This document shows positions 57,737 through 64,000 of a DNA stretch of 64,000 nt, piece after piece. Location of the stretch: NCBI GenBank assembly GCA_951406725.2, contig OX597825.1, positions 17,980,001 to 18,044,000 of the forward strand, written 5' to 3'. Source of the stretch: Octopus vulgaris (taxonomy: Eukaryota). A program made the position numbers and the translations under genes. Position 1 is the stretch's first letter. Every line of letters starts with the position of its first letter. The notes beneath the pieces are model-generated. The model searched no databases. It saw only the letters and a program-made list of their open reading frames with translations, and was not told where the DNA came from.

Positions 57737-58060
57737 TACGACGGGCTTCTTACAGTTTCCAGCTACAAAATCCACTTAAAAGTCTTTGGTCGGCCCGAGG
57801 CTATATAGTAGAAGACACAAACGAAACGTACCACGTAGTGGAGCTCAACCCATAGGCATGTGGCGGAGAATGAGGTTTCTTACCACAGAACCACGCCTAT
57901 GCATTCACACACAACAGGCGTCTTTCAGTTCATTTACCATTTCCAGTAACAGGGATTTGGTCATCCCAAGACAATAGCAGGAGACATCTGCCCAATTAGC
58001 CTTGCTGTGTGATGGAATCCAGAACCATGTGGCTGGGAAGCAAAGTTGCTACCGTCCAGA
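57737..58060 (-). mobile_element. Two family A SINE 5' halves in tandem
   Basis: ACGACGGGCTTC..ACCACGCC, then a second degenerate copy with CAGAACCATGTGG. Confidence 0.7.
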
Positions 58061-58075
58061 CATGAATATTTGGTA

Positions 58076-58132
<57 letters not shown>

Positions 58133-58337
58133 CCGTCTGTGTGCGCGTGAGTTTATGCATGTAGGCATAAATATGATAGGAGCACTTCATAGCATATATT
58201 CTAAATTTCATCCTAGGAATATTTGGGTTTATCTCTAGAGTACGCCAAGTAAACATGTATGTATGCATGGATAATTACAGAACTTATTTTAAACTACTAT
58301 AGAATGAGAATTTCATAAGCATACACGCACATATATG

Positions 58338-58398
<61 letters not shown>

Positions 58399-59271
58399 GT
58401 GTTTATATGTGAGTGTGTGTGTGTCTGTGAGTGTGAGTGTGGTTGTGGGTGTGTGTATATAACGCCGTTATTAGACGCCATAATACAAGATTTTTACAAT
58501 TAATTATATACGAAAAATTAACTGCAAACTTACACCTGTATTCACATGAGTAGAGAGCTCAGACGTTGAGCTAGATAAACGAAAACATGTTTTGATTATC
58601 GTGGTTTTGTTTTTCATATATTTGTTTATTATCATTATATATATATTTGTGAGAATATCATTGCGTGTTTATTCTGATGTACAATAATAATAATAATAAT
58701 AATATTTGTTTCTCAGACTTATATCAAAGAAACCTCATGACAAATTCACTTCAAAGGCAGTAAATACATCTACAGAAAGAAGCAAGTCTAAAAGAATGGT
58801 TAGTCTAGCAAAAATATACGTAAATAAAAATGTAAGCAAATATGAATGTTATGAAAGAGCAATCTTATTTCAAATATATTAATGTTTTGCATAATAGTTT
58901 TACTTTTATGATAATAATTTCACTCGATAGATTCATGCAAATTCGTCAAATGTCAGTTTCTTTTGGAAATTTGCCAATTTTCACGATAATAAAATTTCTA
59001 TACGATAAAATAAATGAAATACACTAAAAGTTTGTAATATATAATTAATTCTTCCCCTATGAGTTATAAGTATCATAACAACAATACGTATCACCTAAGA
59101 AGCACGAAGGCAGCTACCATTACATAATGATTCTTCACATGAAACTTTATATACAAGTTGTGTAAATTTGCATTCGTTATTATCTAAGTCCCTCATTATA
59201 AGTCTGATACCTAAATCTACCTAAATCTATAAATTTATTTGAATGGCTCTTTTCTTCTCTATATTCTCTGT

Positions 59272-62200
59272 ACTAACTAGAGCAGGCACGGAGAGCTTTT
59301 TTCCAGATGTGGGCTGTGTGAGACTAACTAGAGCAGACAACGATAGCTTTTTTCCAGATGTGGGCTGTATGAGTCTAACTGGAGCAGGCACGGATAGATT
59401 TTTCCAGATTTGGGGTGTGTGAGTCTAACTAGAGCAAGCACGGGTAGCTTTTCCACAGATGTGGGTTGTATGAGACTAACTAGAGCAGGCACGGATAGCT
59501 TTTTTCCAGATGTGGGCTGTATGAGTCTAAGTAGAGCAGGCACGGATAGCTTTTTTCCAGATGTGGGCTGTGTGACTAACTAGAGCAGGCGCGGATAGCT
59601 TTTTTCCAGATGTGGGCTGTATGAGTCTAACTAGAGCAGGCACGGATAGCTTTTATCCAGATTTGGGCTGTATGAGACTAACTAGAGCAGGCACAGATAG
59701 TTTTTTCCAGATGTGGGCTGTATGAGTCTAAGTAGAGCAGGCACGGAGAGCTTTTTTCCAGATGTGGGCTGTGTGAGACTAACTAGAGCAGGCACGGATA
59801 GCTTTTATCCAGATTTGGGCTGTATGAGACTAACTAGAGCAGGCGCGGATAGCTTTTTTGCAGATGTGGGCTGTATGAGTTTAACTAGAGCAGGCACGGA
59901 TAGCTTTTTTCCAGATTTGAGCTGTATGAGTCTAACTAGAGCAAGCACGGGTAGCTTTTCCACTGATGTGGGTTGTATGAGACTAACTAGAGCAGGCACA
60001 GATAGCTTTTTTCCAGATGTGGGCTGTATGAGTCTAAGTAGAGCAGGCACGGATAGCTTTTTTCCAGTTGTGGGCTGTATGAGTCTAACTAGAGCAGGCA
60101 CGGATAGCTTTTTTCCAGATATGGGCTGTGTAAGTCTAACTAGAGCAAGCACGGATAGCTTTTCCACTGATGTGGGTTGTATGAGACTAACTAGAACAGG
60201 CACGGATAGCTTTTCTCCAGATGTGGGCTGTATGAGGCTAACTAGAGCAGGCACGGATAGCTTTTCTCCAGATGTGGACTGTATGAGGCTAACTAGAGCA
60301 GGCACGGATAGCTTTTATCCAGATTTGGGCTGTATGAGACTAACTAGAGCAGGCACGGATAGCTTTTTTCCAGATTTGGGCTGTGTGAGACTAACTAGAG
60401 CAGGCACGGATAGCTTTTATCCAGATTTGGGCCGTATGAGACTAACTAGAGCAGGCACGGATAGCTTTTATCCAGATGTGGGCTGTATGAGGCTAACTAG
60501 AACAGGCACGTATAGCTTTTATCCAGATTTGGGCTGTGTGAGACTAACTAGAGCAGGCACGGATAGCTTTTATCCAGATTTGGGCTGTATGAGACTAACT
60601 AGAGCAGGCACGGATAGCTTTTATCCAGATGTGGGCTGTATGAGGCTAACTAGAACAGGCACGGATAGCTTTTTTCCAGATTTGGGCTGTGTGAGACTAA
60701 CTAGAGCAGGCACGGATAGCTTTTATCCAGATTTGGGCTGTATGAGACTAACTAGAGCAGGCACGGATAGCTTTTATCCAGATGTGGGCTGTATGAGGCT
60801 AACTAGAACAGGCACGGATAGCTTTTTTCCAGATTTGGGCTGTGTGAGACTAACTAGAGCAGGCACGGATAGCTTTTATCAAGATTTGGGCTGTATGAGA
60901 CTAACTAGAGCAGGCACGGATAGCTTTTATCCAGATGTGGGCTGTATGAGGCTAACTAGAACAGGCATGGATAGCTTTTTTCCAGATTTGGGCTGTGTGA
61001 AACTAACTAGAGCAGGCACGGATAGCTTTTTTCCAGATGTGGGCTGTATGAGTCTAACTAGAGCAGGCACGGATAGCTTTTATCCAGATTTGGGCTGTAT
61101 GAGACTAACTAGAGCAGGCACGGATAGCTTTTTCCAGATGTGGGCTGTATGAGTCTAACTAGAGCAGGCACGGAGAGCTTTTATCCAGATGTGGGCTGTA
61201 TGAGACTAACTAGAGCAGGCACAGATAATTTTTTCCAGATGTGGGCTGTATGAGTCTAAGTAGAGCAGGCACGGATAGCTTTTTTCCAGATGTGGGCTGT
61301 GTGAGACTAACTAGAGCAGGCACGGATAGCTTTTTTCCAGATTTGGGCTGTATGAGTCTAACTAGAGCAAGCACGGGTAGCTTTTCCACTGATGTGGGTT
61401 GTATGAGACTAACTAGAGCAGGCACGGATAGCTTTTTTCCAGATGTGGGCTGTATGAGTCTAAGTAGAGCAAGGCACGGGTAGCTTTTCCACTGATGTGG
61501 GTTGTATGAGACTAACTAGAGCAGGCACAGATAGCTTTTTTCCAGATGTGGGCTGTATGAGTCTAAGTAGAGCAGGCACGGATAGCTTTTTTCCAGATGT
61601 GGGCTGTGTGAGACTAACTAGAGCAGTCGCGGATAGCTTTTCCCAGATGTGGGCTGTATGAGTCTAACTAGAGCAGGCACGGATAGCTTTTTTCCAGATA
61701 TGGGCTGTGTAAGTCTAACTAGAGCAAGCACGGATAGCTTTTCCACTGATGTGGGTTGTATGAGACTAACTAGAACAGGCACGGATAGCTTTTCTCCTGA
61801 TGTGGTCTGTATGAGGCTAACTAGAGCAGGCACGGATAGCTTTTTCCAGATGTGGACTGTATGAGGCTAACTAGAGCAGGCACGGATTGCTTTTATCCAG
61901 ATTTGGGCTGTATGAGACTAACTAGAGCAGGCACGGATAGCTTTTTCCAGATTTGGGCTGTGTGAGACTAACAAGAGCAGGCACGGATAGCTTTTATCCA
62001 GATTTGGGTTGTATGAGACTAACTAGAGCAGGCACGGATAGCTTTTATCCAGATGTGGGCTGTATGAGGCTAACTAGAACAGGCACGGATAGCTTTTATC
62101 CAGATTTGGGCTGTGTGAGACTAACTAGAGCAGGCACGGATAGCTTTTATCCAGATTTGGGCTGTATGAGACTAACTAGAGCAGGCACGGATAGCTTTTA

Positions 62201-64000
62201 CCCAGATGTGGGCTGTATGAGGCTAACTAGAACAGGCACGGATAGCTTTTATCCAGATTTGGGCTGTGTGAGACTAACTAGAGCAGACACGGATAGCTTT
62301 TATCCAGATTTGGGCTGTATGAGACTAAGTAGAGCAGGCACGGATAGCTTTTATCCAGATGTGGGCTGTATGAGGCTAACTAGAACAGGCACGGATAGCT
62401 CTTTTCCAGATTTGGGCTGTGTGAGACTAACTAGAGCAAGCACGGATAGCTTTTCCAGATTTGGGCTGTATGAGACTAACTAGAGCATGCACGAATAGCT
62501 TTTTCCAGATGTGGGCTGTATGAGGCTAACTAGAACAGGCACGGATAGCTTTTTTCCAGATTTAGGCTGTGTGAGACTAACTAGAGCAGGCACGGATAGC
62601 TTTTTTCCAGATTTGGGCTGTGTGAAACTAACTAGAGCAGGCACGGGTAGCTTTTCCACTGATGTGGGTTGTATGAGACTAACTAGAACAGGCACGGATA
62701 GCTTTTCTCCAGATGTGGGCTGTATGAGGCTAACTAGAGCAGGCACGGATAGCTTTTATCCAGATGTGGACTGTATGAGGCTAACTAGAGCAGGCACGGA
62801 TAGCTTTTATCCAGATTTGGGCTGTATGAGACTAACTAGAGCAGGCACGGATAGCTTTTTTCCAGATTTGGGCTGTGTGAGACTAACTAGAGCAGGCACG
62901 GATAGCTTTTATCCAGATTTGGGCTGTATGAGACTAACTAGAGCAGGCACGGATAGCTTTTATCCAGATGTGGGCTGTATGAGGCTAACTAGAACAGGCA
63001 CGGATAGCTTTTATCCAGATTTGGGCTGTGTGAGACTAACTAGAGCAGGCACGGATAGCTTTTATCCAGATTTGGGCTGTATGAGACTAACTAGAGCAGG
63101 CACGGATAGCTTTTATCCAGATGTGGGCTGTATGAGGCTAACTAGAACAGGCACGGATAGCTTTTTCCAGATTTGGGCTGTGTGAGACTAACTAGAGCAG
63201 GCACGGATAGCTTTTATCCAGATTTGGGCTGTATGAGACTAAGTAGAGCAGGCACGGATAGCTTTTATCCAGATGTGGGCTGTATGAGAATAACTAGAAC
63301 AGGCACGGATAGCTCTTTTCCAGATTTGGGCTGTGTGAGACTAACTAGAGCAAGCACGGATAGCTTTTCCAGATTTGGGCTGTATGAGACTAACTAGAGC
63401 AGGCACGGATAGCTTTTATCCAGATGTGGGCTGTATGAGGCTAACTAGAACAGGCACGGATAGCTTTTTTCCAGATTTAGGCTGTGTGAGACTAACTAGA
63501 GCAGGCACGGATAGCTTTTTATCCAGATTTGGGCTGTATGAGACTAACTAGAGCAGGCACGGATAGCTTTTATCCAGATGTGGGCTGTATGAGTCTAACT
63601 AGAACAGGCATGGATAGCTTTTTCCAGATTTGGGCTGTGTGAAACTAACTAGAGCAGGCACGGATAGCTTTTTTCCAGATGTGGGCTGTATGAGTCTAAC
63701 TAGAGCAGGCACGGATAGCTTTTTTCCAGATTTGGGCTGTATGAGACTAACTAGAGCAGGCACAGATAGCTTTTTTCCAGATGTGGGCTGTATGAGTCTA
63801 AGTAGAGCAGGCACGGAGAGCTTTTTCCAGATGTGGGCTGTGTGAGACTAACTAGAGCAGGCACGGATAGCTTTTTTCCAGATTTGGGCTGTATGAGACT
63901 AACTAGAGCAGGCGCGGATAGCTTATTTCCAGATGTGGGCTGTATGAGTTTAACTAGAGCAGGCACGGATAGCTTTTTTCCAGATTTGGGCTGTATGAGT
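59272..64000. repeat. 51-bp minisatellite, ~93 units, continuing past the window end
   Basis: Unit ACTAACTAGAGCAGGCACGGATAGCTTTTTTCCAGATGTGGGCTGTATGAG. Confidence 0.98.

Noticed and set aside
59272-64000. CRISPR-like or HHR-containing satellite
   Set aside because: No unique spacers, eukaryotic context, and CTGTATGAG is not a CUGANGA core and has no GAAA or stems

Overview
AT-rich eukaryotic non-coding DNA (intronic or intergenic), saturated with microsatellites and tRNA-derived SINEs. The repeat repertoire looks like a coleoid cephalopod, probably Octopus; this is inferred from recall of these SINE families and was not verified by search. No intact host gene is supported: almost all listed ORFs are microsatellite or satellite artefacts. 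The recognisable content is: several tRNA-headed SINE families; Penelope-like element (PLE) relics, including an RT-thumb fragment and up to five loci with minimal hammerhead-ribozyme (HHR) motifs, three of them in inverted (fold-back) arrangement; two decayed R4/Dong-type RLE LINE fragments; RTE-like relics; a non-autonomous Helitron; and a 51-bp minisatellite of about 93 units running off the window end. The best candidate for an undescribed system is the element at about 10622-11016, where a pol III tRNA-like head and an (AAT)n tract lie between two inverted HHR-bearing repeats.
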